This document shows positions 1 through 10,060 of a stretch of 53,303 bases of DNA, one piece after another. The DNA comes from a virus (Duplodnaviria > Caudoviricetes). Location: IMG/VR virus record IMGVR_UViG_3300014656_000004, positions 1-53,303 of that record, one strand, 5' to 3'. The notes beneath the pieces are model-generated. The model did not search any database, had not been told where the DNA came from, and saw nothing but the letters and a program-made list of their open reading frames with translations. Made by a program: the position numbers and the translations under genes. Every line of letters begins with the position of its first letter. Position 1 is the stretch's first letter.

Positions 1-123
1 AAGGAACTCATCTCCACTCGCTTCGCCTTCAAGATACTCACAATCCACAATCTTGGCATTCGTCACCGCCGCCTCAATGTCCACACCGATAAGAACATCA
101 GCGTACCCAGGCATAAAGGTAAG
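1..123. repeat. Terminal direct repeat (assembly circularisation overlap), identical to 53181-53303
   Basis: AAGGAACTCATCTCC...GCATAAAGGTAAG is present at both ends and an ORF reads through the junction. Confidence 0.97.
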
Positions 124-534
124 GTTTGCGAGGGTTACATTACTTGCTCCAATATTGATAGAGGAAGCCGCAGCATCGAAATCAAATCTGGGCCGAAGTG
201 TCCCTGTACCGAGACCTATATATGTGACTCCAGCTACATCGAAATTAATAGCGGCGGAAAGGTTTTCGTTGTGTCCAGGGGCAAAAAGAATGATAGCCCC
301 TTCATCAGCCGTACAAAGACCGGTAGCATAATCCGCCGTAAGTAACGGTTTTTCAAACGAATGACCATGCTCGCCATCATCGGCATCGAGGCCATTCGCC
401 GTATTTCCACTATCTACAAACAAAACTTGAGCCTCCGCAAGACTGCGGACACCAAGATTTGAGAGATAGGGCATTATAGTCCAACCGTATTTCTTAATCA
501 GGTCGGACACCTTAAATGGATTTGTTGCAGCCAT
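1..534 (-). CDS. 5' part (MAATNPFKVSDLIKKYGW...) of an origin-spanning, about 971-aa virion protein; continues into 53180-50799
   Basis: ATG at 534 with GGAG RBS upstream; open frame in phase with MPGYADV at 114 (=53294); missed by the ORF track. Confidence 0.9.
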   Translation of the reverse strand, partial: MAATNPFKVSDLIKKYGWTIMPYLSNLGVRSLAEAQVLFVDSGNTANGLDADDGEHGHSFEKPLLTADYATGLCTADEGAIILFAPGHNENLSAAINFDVAGVTYIGLGTGTLRPRFDFDAAASSINIGASNVTLANLTFMPGYADVLIGVDIEAAVTNAKIVDCEYLEGEASGDEFL

Positions 535-580
535 TTTATTTTTACTCCTAAACTTCTAATCTACAAAAATTAATGGTTCA

Positions 581-640
581 AAAAAATTCGGGGAAGCCCA
601 CCGACTTGAGAAAGGAAGAAAATGACGACTTCCCCGAATA
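581..640 (-). terminator. Intrinsic terminator-like hairpin downstream of the capsid gene
   Basis: TTCGGGGAAG / CTTCCCCGAA 10-bp stem with a long loop, followed by a U-tract on the minus strand. Confidence 0.7.
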
Positions 641-670
641 TTCACTTTTCAATTAAACCCTGCGGAGGGC

Positions 671-2263
671 TTATAGCATCACGGCTTCTGTGAGTCCCGT
701 CAGCTTCACGGCTCTCGGGTCCGTAGGACAGATCAAGTTGAAATACCAGAAGGGAGCCTCAAGTAACTCCTGTGGAGCACCCGAAGAAGCGTGGGCAATC
801 ATAAATACGCCGGAAAGTCCACCAAGTGGGGCAAGAAATTCGATTTCCTGTCCCATACTTGCTTCCACTCCGCCCAATCTCGGAGGACTATATCTCTGGA
901 TATTGTCCCCACCGAACTTCATAGCATACAGGTTATTACTCAAACACATCGGACTCATAATCCACTCATAGGTTCGTCCACCGAACTCGTAGGATATCTG
1001 AGACCAACCGCCTTTGAAGCTCAAGGCTTTTCCAGTACGCTCATAATTTTGCCTGTTATTATACAGACCCGGCTGTTGGAGCCATTTCAACTGAACGCCC
1101 TGCGTAGTAATGATGGTATCAAGAGTTTCCCCGGGATACGCATCCAGATACCCACCGATATAACCATTGATTACATCATCGGTAAGAGGACCATTCACGG
1201 CCTTGACTTGGGATTTGAATTGAGGATAGTACGTCAAATCAAGAGCGGCAGCTGCCGAAGCCCCACCCAAAATCGTACCGGACGACTTAATCCAGCTATT
1301 GAGTCCCCAACTAAACTGGGGGCGATTGCTGACACGGCTCGTATGAGCTATCACTATCCAGTCCCCCGCCGCAGCGTCGTAACCGCTTTGGTTCCAATCT
1401 CCCGTTGTATTGCAGGTGGCCTGATAAGTCGCCTGTACACCGGTCACGGAGTTAATGGCCTTAAATGTGAATGCCTTGCCAAGGTAATCAACATTAGTGA
1501 TAATACATTGGCAATAGGAAGCAGCCGTATATTCATAGTTACGTACATCCGTCCCATTTGTATCCGTACCTTCCTGAATTACTCCATCACTATCGGCGAC
1601 AATATCAATCCGCATACCCTGACGGAAATTCGAGATTCGACCATAAGATTCATCAATAGTAATTTTGATGTAATTGGTAGAACCAACCTCTTCGATGACA
1701 GATATTCTCCCCAGAACCTGATTCACCGCACCCGAACCCGCAGAATTTAGAGGATTATAGGAGAAAAAGCTGGAGGCCTCATATATGGCTTTCAGTTTAG
1801 CCACAGCCTTCATATCCCGTGCCACCTTCTTAATCTGGGCGGCGTTCAACAAATCAGCCTGTTGCCAAGAAGCAGGAATACTAAAATTCCCCACTACTTT
1901 ATGCAGAACAAGCTCCCTCTTAATATCGCCCATGTGTGGCGATTCCGAAGCCTTCGGAAAAATTGACAGACCATCAATAGGAGAAGATATACCGTATCTC
2001 TGGTCTAACAACTGGGTCTGCGTTCCCGTAATCGTATCCATTGTCGGGCCAAGAGGATCACCCGACTCCATCAAACCGGCAACTCCGGTTTCGTAAAGGT
2101 GTATCACCTTATATCCACGTCCAAGACCTTCCTGACCTTTCACTCCAAACGCTGTCCGTTTAATTTTATCGAACACGGGAGCTATTTCCGGGCCAGCCTC
2201 GGAAATCATCATTGGAAGCTCTTCTTTGACGAGATTATTCAGAGCTTCTATTGCCTGTGCCAT
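671..2263 (-). CDS. Major capsid protein (530 aa)
   Basis: Follows terminase-portal-scaffold; capsid-like C-terminus (DTIITTQG...KGGWSQISYEFGG...SPMC...LYAM); terminator downstream. Confidence 0.8.
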   Translation of the reverse strand: MAQAIEALNNLVKEELPMMISEAGPEIAPVFDKIKRTAFGVKGQEGLGRGYKVIHLYETGVAGLMESGDPLGPTMDTITGTQTQLLDQRYGISSPIDGLSIFPKASESPHMGDIKRELVLHKVVGNFSIPASWQQADLLNAAQIKKVARDMKAVAKLKAIYEASSFFSYNPLNSAGSGAVNQVLGRISVIEEVGSTNYIKITIDESYGRISNFRQGMRIDIVADSDGVIQEGTDTNGTDVRNYEYTAASYCQCIITNVDYLGKAFTFKAINSVTGVQATYQATCNTTGDWNQSGYDAAAGDWIVIAHTSRVSNRPQFSWGLNSWIKSSGTILGGASAAAALDLTYYPQFKSQVKAVNGPLTDDVINGYIGGYLDAYPGETLDTIITTQGVQLKWLQQPGLYNNRQNYERTGKALSFKGGWSQISYEFGGRTYEWIMSPMCLSNNLYAMKFGGDNIQRYSPPRLGGVEASMGQEIEFLAPLGGLSGVFMIAHASSGAPQELLEAPFWYFNLICPTDPRAVKLTGLTEAVML

Positions 2264-2333
2264 TTTATTACCCCTTAACTAAACACATTTACACTAATAT
2301 GCAGTTAGTCGAGGGCTTCAATCCACGAATTCC

Positions 2334-3206
2334 CTACCGCATTTTTCGGGCAGCATGAACCGCCTTCTGAAGATACCTTGCGATAAGATTCTTCTCATTC
2401 GCATCCTCATTAGAAGGAACTCGCTTGATTGGTTCGTCAGCTTGGATTTCGGATGAAAGTCCTGCACTCGGCCCCAGGCCCAAAACGATGGGTTGCTGGT
2501 TGAGTCTTTTTGGAATACCAAGTTTAGTCAACTGCGACCGCACCCTCTGTACGCTTGCAGCAACCATCTCGGCCCCAAACGGTTTACCATCTTGAATCTT
2601 CCGAAGAACATCCTCAGCTACCATATCTTTAACAGCGAGGGTTACTTCCTCACTATCTTCACCTACTATCATTTTACCAATTATTTCATCTTTGTCAACC
2701 GCTTTGTCCGATATTTCTCGAATTTCTTTCCTGGCATCGTTGACATGCCTATTCTGGGAATGCTCCAAAACAGCTCTGACCTCCGCAGGAGAGGCTCCCA
2801 TCACCTCCTGAAATTGTTTATTAAAATCAGGTGTAGTGGCTTTTAAGTCCGGTTTCTGCGGAGGTTCTTCTTCCCGGAGGTACTGCATAAATTCTTTGGG
2901 GTCAATTTCCAATAAACCGGCCAATTCCCGAACATCGGTTTCTGACGGATTATCCCCTTCGGAAACCAACTTTACGAGTGTCTCTATCCTCATTCCCCGT
3001 TCGGCGGCTTTTGTGGCTTGAGCGGCAGCTTGGAATCTTTTATCTGCACCAGACGCTTTTGAGGCCAATTCCTTCAACTCTTCAAGGGTTAATGCAACAT
3101 CCTCCTTATCCACCTTAATAGTATAGGTTTCGACTTTTTTTTCCTCTTGCTTTTCCTCTTGCTTTTCTTCTTGTTTTTGCTCTTCTTGCTTTTCCTCTTT
3201 TGGCAT
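2334..3206 (-). CDS. Capsid scaffolding protein
   Basis: Charged EEKQ N-terminus and YTIKVDKEDVALTLEEL scaffold-type motif; lies between portal and capsid. Confidence 0.75.
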   Translation of the reverse strand: MPKEEKQEEQKQEEKQEEKQEEKKVETYTIKVDKEDVALTLEELKELASKASGADKRFQAAAQATKAAERGMRIETLVKLVSEGDNPSETDVRELAGLLEIDPKEFMQYLREEEPPQKPDLKATTPDFNKQFQEVMGASPAEVRAVLEHSQNRHVNDARKEIREISDKAVDKDEIIGKMIVGEDSEEVTLAVKDMVAEDVLRKIQDGKPFGAEMVAASVQRVRSQLTKLGIPKRLNQQPIVLGLGPSAGLSSEIQADEPIKRVPSNEDANEKNLIARYLQKAVHAARKMR

Positions 3207-3226
3207 TTTATCCCTTTCTATTCAAA

Positions 3227-3424
3227 TTATTTGGTTTCAAATAAGTTACAGTTATTTTCCTTATTTCTCCGTCTTGGACGCAAAATTCTTTTATAATATT
3301 TACTATACCAAGTCTGTTTGGTAAATCTGTAATTTTCAGGATGGTCACAATATAAATAACCCGGGTCTGATATACATCCCGTAGATTTCAGATATTTACA
3401 TTCGGAGCAAAAAACCTCTTTCAT
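3227..3424 (-). CDS. Small Cys-rich hypothetical protein
   Basis: CxxC...C...C pattern; AAGGA RBS. Confidence 0.65.
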   Translation of the reverse strand: MKEVFCSECKYLKSTGCISDPGYLYCDHPENYRFTKQTWYSKYYKRILRPRRRNKENNCNLFETK

Positions 3425-3447
3425 TTTTTTCCTTTCAGATTATTGTT

Positions 3448-5466
3448 TTATTGCGGAGGCATTATTCCCTGTGGGGGTTGTAATTCAAGTTCTGCTGCCT
3501 CTTCCATCGGAGGCATTCCTTCCGGCATTATTCCAAGCCCAACATTATGTTGCTCATAGTGTTCAACAAATTTATCCCTTACCACTGGAGTAGCGGCGTA
3601 AAATTCTGGCCTTGCCATAAAAGCATCGAGGACACTTTTATGGATTAAGTGCATATCTCGCTCACTTACTGTAACTTTCCCGGGGGTTTCTCCGTCTCCA
3701 AATAAGGCAAGATTTTCAAGTTTTGCTCTCCGGTAATTTTGATAAGCCACTTCGTTGCCAACCGGGGAAGTTAATCCCATCTCCCGCACCTTGAAACTGT
3801 ATTCATCAAGGGTGATTATTCCATCCTTGAGGGCTTCTTTTAATTCCATTTTCTGTTGTTCTTTTGAAATAGGAATTTCAGACGCAACATTTATATTTAC
3901 TTCGTCGGGGGACGGAATCGCATTTCGACCCAAAGTGATTTCACCAGTTTCCATATCGAAAACTATCCCAGCAAGAGAATCGTCGAGATTACTAATATTA
4001 ACGACTTTTTCAGCAGGCCATAAATCTCTACAAATCCCCAACATAGCCCGATAAACTCCTGAAATAGCTTCGGCTACATTCTTAGCGGTTGGTGATAGAG
4101 GGATAGCACTCGTTTCATATAAGAACCCCAAACCGGAAGCCGAATCAACACGCCCAGGTGCTCCGCCTTTCAACATTTCAGTCGGTTGATTCGCAAGTTT
4201 ATCCATCAAACTACCTGCAACCATAGCTGCATCTACCTGTGGCTTTGTCATTTTTGCGGGTTCAATCGTAAACGGTTTTAAGTCTGGAGACGTATAATCT
4301 GGTTCATACGTTATCCTTTTGACCCCATCTTGTCCTCGATGGGCGTCTGGGGGAGTACCAAGGGATGCAGGCCACATCAACAATCCATATAAATCGAAAT
4401 CGGTGACAGCTTGAAACAGGCTACTAAGACTAAACTCCGCTTCGGTATTTAATGGGATTAGGGTATCAACGAAGGAACGACCATAAAATCCCCCCACAAC
4501 AATATCACGTGCGATTTTCACGGGCATGTGGTACTTGCTTTGGGAATGGTCATGGCGATATAACTGAGCCAATTTATCATAAGAACCGGCAAGGATAAGG
4601 TACTCCGCCAAATACCCATCAGATGTTTCAGTCCAAACCTCGACGAGTAAGGTAACATCAACCTGCGTTTTATCTTTTTTAGTATGTCGTCCTTTCCACT
4701 GCGTCTCAACCTGACTTTGGCCGCTTCGGATATAGAAACCCCCCCCCGTATGAGTGAGAGATGCTGTCCCCTGAAATTTGGAGGACACATCTGCGGGTAA
4801 ATCCCCGAAAGGCACTTTCAAATCATCCATTCCTTTATAGACTTTTGAATTTTTACTCGGGGTTATTGAGAGTCCTTTTACATAATCTGTAGGGACGTAC
4901 CTAACCCGTATCAATCCCCGCACATCCGATGGAGTAGATACATCTATGGGGATAGGTATCAGTTCCCAAGGATTAATAACCTCAATCCCAATACTATCAA
5001 TTCCCTCTACCCATAACCCAAACCCAATCGTCCCATAATGGAGCAGAGGTGGGAAAGCATTAAGAACCAATTTAGAAACCTTTTCCTGTGGAAACGCCGA
5101 ATCCAAAACCACCTGGGCCGTACTCGCCTTCCTTAATCCGTCAAGACTGACCCCTCTCCGTGATACGGCGGGAGCCAAATTTATCGCCAACAACCTTCCA
5201 AGTTGAGCCTGATACTTGGCTACAATATCCTCATACCTGAATTTAAGAATCCCCGATTCATCCAAATAAGAAGCATTCAAGGTCCCACTACCATAATTTA
5301 TGTTTGAGAAATTTCTGATCCCTCTCATATAATAGTGGTTTATCCACCAATTAACGGAAATTGGATTCATTTTATTCTTGCCAGTGGAGACAAGATATTG
5401 AATGATTTGCTCGACTTGCGGTCTATTTGCAGACGTATCTTCTGGTAAAGAGAATTTATAACCCAT
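3448..5466 (-). CDS. Portal protein (672 aa)
   Basis: Size, position after terminase, GGFYGRSFVDTLIPL portal-like segment, Pro/Gln-rich tail. Confidence 0.75.
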   Translation of the reverse strand: MGYKFSLPEDTSANRPQVEQIIQYLVSTGKNKMNPISVNWWINHYYMRGIRNFSNINYGSGTLNASYLDESGILKFRYEDIVAKYQAQLGRLLAINLAPAVSRRGVSLDGLRKASTAQVVLDSAFPQEKVSKLVLNAFPPLLHYGTIGFGLWVEGIDSIGIEVINPWELIPIPIDVSTPSDVRGLIRVRYVPTDYVKGLSITPSKNSKVYKGMDDLKVPFGDLPADVSSKFQGTASLTHTGGGFYIRSGQSQVETQWKGRHTKKDKTQVDVTLLVEVWTETSDGYLAEYLILAGSYDKLAQLYRHDHSQSKYHMPVKIARDIVVGGFYGRSFVDTLIPLNTEAEFSLSSLFQAVTDFDLYGLLMWPASLGTPPDAHRGQDGVKRITYEPDYTSPDLKPFTIEPAKMTKPQVDAAMVAGSLMDKLANQPTEMLKGGAPGRVDSASGLGFLYETSAIPLSPTAKNVAEAISGVYRAMLGICRDLWPAEKVVNISNLDDSLAGIVFDMETGEITLGRNAIPSPDEVNINVASEIPISKEQQKMELKEALKDGIITLDEYSFKVREMGLTSPVGNEVAYQNYRRAKLENLALFGDGETPGKVTVSERDMHLIHKSVLDAFMARPEFYAATPVVRDKFVEHYEQHNVGLGIMPEGMPPMEEAAELELQPPQGIMPPQ

Positions 5467-5747
5467 TAGTTAGCCCCGATTTCCATAGTATAATTCATAT
5501 TCTTTGGGCCTTTATCGTCTGTTTTTCCTGTGGAAATCCCCCTTAAATTCCCTTGCGGAGGTTTTGCAGATGCAATTAATGCCCGTAATGCCTCTGGTTT
5601 CGCTTCTTTCCCCGCCACCAAAATCATAAGCTGCTTATTGACTTCCGCAAGGCGATTGGTGATTTTAAGCAACGCCATTATAAGGAGACATGAAAATATC
5701 CCCAGCAATGACGTTAAGAGTAATGCCCAAAGGGTTAATATGTCCAT
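5466..5747 (-). CDS. Hypothetical membrane protein
   Basis: N-terminal hydrophobic helix; stop/start coupled to the portal gene. Confidence 0.7.
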   Translation of the reverse strand: MDILTLWALLLTSLLGIFSCLLIMALLKITNRLAEVNKQLMILVAGKEAKPEALRALIASAKPPQGNLRGISTGKTDDKGPKNMNYTMEIGAN

Positions 5748-5773
5748 AGAAAGACCTTTCCTTTTATATTAGT

Positions 5774-5801
5774 ATTATATCACAATAATGTTTATTGTCA
5801 A
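5774..5801 (-). promoter_or_regulatory. sigma70-like promoter TTGACA-N16-TATAAT upstream of the portal operon
   Basis: Consensus hexamers; spacer overlaps an ACAATAA/TTATTGT inverted repeat. Confidence 0.7.
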
Positions 5802-5904
5802 CTAAAAATTCAAATATGCCTTTTGATAATAGTCATTATCCTATGTAGGGTATAAGTCCCAAATAAGATAACGACCAAACATTTAAGGAACCAAAGAAAC
5901 ATTT

Positions 5905-7752
5905 CTATCCTACAATGATATTTCGACCCCGCGTTATGCGACGATTGTTTTTATCAATAGCGGGTTTTCTGGCTCTTTTACTCAAGACATCCACCATTTC
6001 CTCCGTTATCTCCGCAGGAGAAACTCCCGACAATAGAGGCATTCCTTTTATCAGGGGAAGATTCCGTTTAATGCGTTCAAGTAAACTTGGCTTCTCTTTT
6101 TCCCTGACAAATTGCCCCCCCCGATTCTTAACGACATATTGACTCATCGAAAGCGTATCTATAACATCATCGTGCGGTAATAAGGCCAAATCAGGAGTGA
6201 AGTCCTCTGTCTGTTGGTACAGCTGGTCGAATGGCCATTTCCCAGCCAAGTGGGCGGGATACTTTATCTTCCCGGGGGAATACCGCCATTCCATCCCTGA
6301 AATTCGTTGAGATTTAGAGACTTTCGACGGGTACGTGATGGGGAAAACCCTCGCTCGCCAAGGCGTACCAACCTTACTTTCCATCTCATCAATATACTCT
6401 TTGACAGCCTCCGCAAAACTCATCTGAATACTTATGGCCTCTATCCCCAGAACTCTCGGACGCCAAGCCAATCCCTTCTCATATATCAATCGCAGAAGAG
6501 TTGCATCCTTCGCTCTCCCCAGCCATAAATCCAAAATCCATAACGTATTCAAAGTATCAAATCCGAGGATGGCAATACACGAATAATCGTTATATTGGGA
6601 CATACCACTGCCATAATCGAATAACAGAATTCGATACATCGGAAGGACGAGTTCCCGATACGGCTTCTCAAAATCCTTATAAATCCTCCGGCCAGGTTCC
6701 ATATAGCGTTCCGACCATTTTATATTCCCCGTATGAGCCAGAGGATTATTCCAATCGAATTCCCCCTCAACACTATATTCATTCTTGCGGGGGTCAATCA
6801 CAAGAATCCGGTCTTGCTCTGATACTGGTTCGTTACAATACTCGGATGCAAATGCAGATACTCCTATTTCCTCCCGACGTGCCTCCAAAATTTCTTGAGA
6901 CCATTTCTCCGGCCACAAAACATATACTTTTTTCGGGTCATCTTTGTCATACACTATTGCCTTTAGAACTTTACGATTCCAAAAATCAAATCTTGAGTCA
7001 TCACTTGTTGTAGCATGGTAAAGGAAAGACCGACGATTGATTAACGTCCCTGCCCAAAAAATACACGATCCAGATTCAAGCATTGGTATGATTTGACGGA
7101 ACAAAATCATCTCAAACTTTTCTACAACGGCCTGAGCAGATGCCTGTGAATCAGAATCGGGGTCATTTTCGGGGTCATCGAGTATAAATAATCTTGGGCG
7201 GCCTCCCCGCTTTTTCCCCATCACACTAAGTCCTTTTATCACCGCCCCATTCCGCAAATGAAGATGATGATGATTCCAAATAGACTTCCCCCGCAGAGGT
7301 TTTTGTTCCCCAAAATCTTGCAGTATTAACTCATTTTCGACAAATTGCTGAATCAGTTTGTCGAACCGTTCCTCCACTAACCTATCGGTTGCTAATCCAA
7401 GAGTCATCTCGTAATGAGATCGAGTCAGGGCAAGCAGCAAGGGAGCCTCAAGACCTATAACAGAAGATTTGGCCGAACCCCTGGGAGCCGCTTCCGCATT
7501 CCGACCGTATGTCCCCAAATCAGAAATCATCTCATAATGAAAATCAGGGGATTCCTCAAAACCATTTTTGTAAAAGAGTTTCCCGGCCCCTGCAAGATAG
7601 CATCGGCGAAAGAAATCCCAAGCCACTACCAAGTCAAAAGGAGTCGATTGATTATGCAGAACAGCCAACCTCGCTTGTTTCTGACTGTCCAGTGACAACT
7701 CCTCATAATCTTTTGGGAGAGGCCATATTGGATAAGGTCGTTTAATCCACAT
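5905..7752 (-). CDS. terL: Terminase large subunit
   Basis: Walker A PRGSAKS, Walker B ILDDPEND, RNase H-like LLFD...DYSCI...HDDVID. Confidence 0.92.
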   Translation of the reverse strand: MWIKRPYPIWPLPKDYEELSLDSQKQARLAVLHNQSTPFDLVVAWDFFRRCYLAGAGKLFYKNGFEESPDFHYEMISDLGTYGRNAEAAPRGSAKSSVIGLEAPLLLALTRSHYEMTLGLATDRLVEERFDKLIQQFVENELILQDFGEQKPLRGKSIWNHHHLHLRNGAVIKGLSVMGKKRGGRPRLFILDDPENDPDSDSQASAQAVVEKFEMILFRQIIPMLESGSCIFWAGTLINRRSFLYHATTSDDSRFDFWNRKVLKAIVYDKDDPKKVYVLWPEKWSQEILEARREEIGVSAFASEYCNEPVSEQDRILVIDPRKNEYSVEGEFDWNNPLAHTGNIKWSERYMEPGRRIYKDFEKPYRELVLPMYRILLFDYGSGMSQYNDYSCIAILGFDTLNTLWILDLWLGRAKDATLLRLIYEKGLAWRPRVLGIEAISIQMSFAEAVKEYIDEMESKVGTPWRARVFPITYPSKVSKSQRISGMEWRYSPGKIKYPAHLAGKWPFDQLYQQTEDFTPDLALLPHDDVIDTLSMSQYVVKNRGGQFVREKEKPSLLERIKRNLPLIKGMPLLSGVSPAEITEEMVDVLSKRARKPAIDKNNRRITRGRNIIVG

Positions 7753-7768
7753 TACCTTTCATTCCCAG

Positions 7769-8011
7769 TCACTTTTTTTTATGGCCTCCATTTAACTGGG
7801 CCAAAAAATGACTTATATCAGCTAAACAAGTTGAATTAAAAACAGTTTCCGGTTCCGGAAAAAAACAATACTGTCTCCATCTACTAAACCATTCCACTGT
7901 TCCTAACCAATAATTTGTATCTTTACTCCAACAAAAAAAAGTGCTCGTTTTTCTTTGAGGACGTCGTGAAGATACGTCCTCAAAATAAAGATATTTATAT
8001 TTAAGCTTCAT
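7769..8011 (-). CDS. Hypothetical phage protein
   Basis: LGTVEWFSRWRQYCFFP...CLADI small phage-protein pattern; coupled to the upstream ORF. Confidence 0.7.
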   Translation of the reverse strand: MKLKYKYLYFEDVSSRRPQRKTSTFFCWSKDTNYWLGTVEWFSRWRQYCFFPEPETVFNSTCLADISHFLAQLNGGHKKK

Positions 8012-8738
8012 TTTTGAATTCTTTAATGACAGGAAGCAGATGAATTACATCGAAGAAAGCTATCGTTATTGCAATTCCCGCAGACCACGCCGAATTTCCT
8101 TTATTTGATCCCATCACGATTCGCAGACTTGGCCAAATCCCTTCGATATACCCAGGTTGATTCAGAAGAGCAAAGACCATTTCAGGAATTTTAGCCCTAT
8201 CCGCAAAATCCCAAGTCGTTGTCGAAGGAGTCGTCATCGGCTCAGCACATAAAATCTTTATATGAAATGCAACAGTGGCTGGCACAAATCCATCCTCTCG
8301 GATATATTTCTTCAGAGCCGTAAGCTCAACATCCTCCGCAGGTTGATTTATCACGCTGTCTTCTGCTTCCCTAAACATTTTCTTCTGCATTTCTTTATCC
8401 AATTCCCCCTGCATAAAAGTTATTTCTTCTTTTTCACTCTGCGGAGGTAATTCCGGGGAAGAGGTCTCGGCTACAAGTTGGGGGTCTGGTTTTGATACAG
8501 GGATTGGTATTTCCTTCTCCAATTCCTGCTCTTGAAGTCTCTCCTCCGTCCGGCGGTTCAGTTCCTCCAGAGCCAGCATTTCCGACGGGGAAGGCTCGTC
8601 CGGTATCTCGGATGGGTTCTGTGGAACTGGGGTCAGAACTGCATTCTCCGGTAGGTCGCTCAGTTTCCCTTTTTTTGGATTGACTCTGTCCCCTATCGCT
8701 TCCTCTATTGGGTTCGGTTCGGGTTTCTTTTTTGTCAT
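8001..8738 (-). CDS. Hypothetical protein with Pro/Glu-rich N-terminus
   Basis: AAGGA RBS before ATG 8738; globular-looking C-terminus. Confidence 0.7.
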   Translation of the reverse strand: MTKKKPEPNPIEEAIGDRVNPKKGKLSDLPENAVLTPVPQNPSEIPDEPSPSEMLALEELNRRTEERLQEQELEKEIPIPVSKPDPQLVAETSSPELPPQSEKEEITFMQGELDKEMQKKMFREAEDSVINQPAEDVELTALKKYIREDGFVPATVAFHIKILCAEPMTTPSTTTWDFADRAKIPEMVFALLNQPGYIEGIWPSLRIVMGSNKGNSAWSAGIAITIAFFDVIHLLPVIKEFKNEA

Positions 8739-9105
8739 TTTGTGATTCCTTAATTTCGGTGGATTCTATTTGTTTCATTGGGTTAAGTACCTTTGCAATA
8801 CGTTTTGCAGAAAATGTAGTTGTCCCTCCGTGAGCATCGGAAATTGTTTGAGACACTCTTGCAGTGTACCCAGATGTCTCCGCAGCCTCCCGAAGCAATT
8901 CACGAAGATGTTTCAAAGCCTTGAATTTTATCGAAAGGTTTGAATTTTGCTTAGCCAAGGCAAGTGTTTCTCGGATTTCAAGACTATAATTCCATCCAAG
9001 CTCTCGAAACATATTCGTGATGATGCTTGGATCATTAAAACTCTGAATAGCAGCTAACACATCTTCCGGACTCGGCTGCTCAGATTTTTCAATTTCGTTA
9101 GGCAT
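8434..9105 (-). CDS. Hypothetical protein, candidate terminase small subunit
   Basis: Helical N-terminal 125 aa upstream of terL; C-terminus overlaps the next ORF; TerS call is positional only. Confidence 0.5.
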   Translation of the reverse strand: MPNEIEKSEQPSPEDVLAAIQSFNDPSIITNMFRELGWNYSLEIRETLALAKQNSNLSIKFKALKHLRELLREAAETSGYTARVSQTISDAHGGTTTFSAKRIAKVLNPMKQIESTEIKESQNDKKETRTEPNRGSDRGQSQSKKRETERPTGECSSDPSSTEPIRDTGRAFPVGNAGSGGTEPPDGGETSRAGIGEGNTNPCIKTRPPTCSRDLFPGITSAE

Positions 9106-9482
9106 TACACATATATAATAAAAGTTGGTTTCTTTGCTTTCTTTGCTTTTTCGATGGTATCGGCGGTTCCACTGGATTTACCATCCCAAAAGGCTAATAC
9201 CATATCACAATTATCAACTATTGTTTGGTTGCGAATGAACCCTGCCGACTTGCCATATTTTTTCCATTCAGGTAAATATCTTACTATTTCAATCCCCCAA
9301 GAAGTCGCCCACCTCTCTCCGATAGAATCTGCTCCTTTTGCCCCGCCTGAAATTAAGGTATCAAATTGACGGGGGGCTTCAGAGAATCGGGATAAGGTAT
9401 CTATCAACAAATCATAATCATTAAAAGTCCGACTACCTACGATTGCCAATCTGGTCATAACATTAACTCCAAATATGTTCAT
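9105..9482 (-). CDS. SLOG-superfamily (YspA/DUF2493-like) protein
   Basis: IVGSR...ISGGAKGAD...YGKSAGFIRN...AFWDGKSSGT motifs. Confidence 0.88.
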   Translation of the reverse strand: MNIFGVNVMTRLAIVGSRTFNDYDLLIDTLSRFSEAPRQFDTLISGGAKGADSIGERWATSWGIEIVRYLPEWKKYGKSAGFIRNQTIVDNCDMVLAFWDGKSSGTADTIEKAKKAKKPTFIIYV

Positions 9483-9584
9483 ACCCTGCCGCCATACTTG
9501 GTTTTAACCAACGCTCACGACGAACACTCCATATTTTACCAGTAGGCGTTATTTCATATTCAGGCCAACCCGGAATAGACTTTT

Positions 9585-10001
9585 TCATTTTTTTGGTTCC
9601 TTTCGAGCTTGAGCGTTAGATTGGGAAATTAGTTTTTTTATCATACTACTGTCTCGACCAGTGGCTGCTGCCATTTCAGCAAGGACTCGGGGAGAATTTG
9701 CCTCGTTCAAAATTTCATTGGTGACTTCGATGAGGAATCCCTTATCCCGAAGTCTTTTCTTGGTTTTATCATCTGTCCCAGGAAATAAAAATCCCGGACT
9801 TCCCGGACGAGAGAGAACAAAGAGAATCCGGTTGAAAGTTGGGAGAGAAAAAAAGATTCCATCCCCGAAATACAAGGGTTTTATCCTCAAGGCTCGGAGG
9901 TATCGCAGGGCCATTTTACGGGAAATTCCGAAGGTGGTTTCGAGATGTGAAATCTCAATTAATTCGTTGTCGCCAAAGTTATAGGTTTTCGGTAAATTCA
10001 T
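9585..10001 (-). CDS. Putative HTH DNA-binding protein
   Basis: ISHLETTFGISRKMALRYL helix-turn-helix-like segment; has its own promoter. Confidence 0.5.
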   Translation of the reverse strand: MNLPKTYNFGDNELIEISHLETTFGISRKMALRYLRALRIKPLYFGDGIFFSLPTFNRILFVLSRPGSPGFLFPGTDDKTKKRLRDKGFLIEVTNEILNEANSPRVLAEMAAATGRDSSMIKKLISQSNAQARKEPKK

Positions 10002-10020
10002 AGGTCTTCCTTATAGATAT

Positions 10021-10060
10021 AGTATAACAGATTTTGGTTTTATTTCAAGGCCTCCGCAGG
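10021..10060 (-). promoter_or_regulatory. Promoter TTGAAA-N16-TATACT with CCTGCGGAGG just upstream of -35
   Basis: Hexamers at 10043-10048 and 10021-10026; motif at 10051-10060. Confidence 0.6.

Noticed and set aside
1-123. 123-bp end repeat as a biological terminal repeat
   Set aside because: It falls in the middle of a gene and is best explained as assembler overlap of a circular contig
791-1750. Long plus-strand ORFs (e.g. 791-1750, 6501-7013, 38329-38913)
   Set aside because: Antisense shadows of well-supported minus-strand genes, with no recognisable motifs
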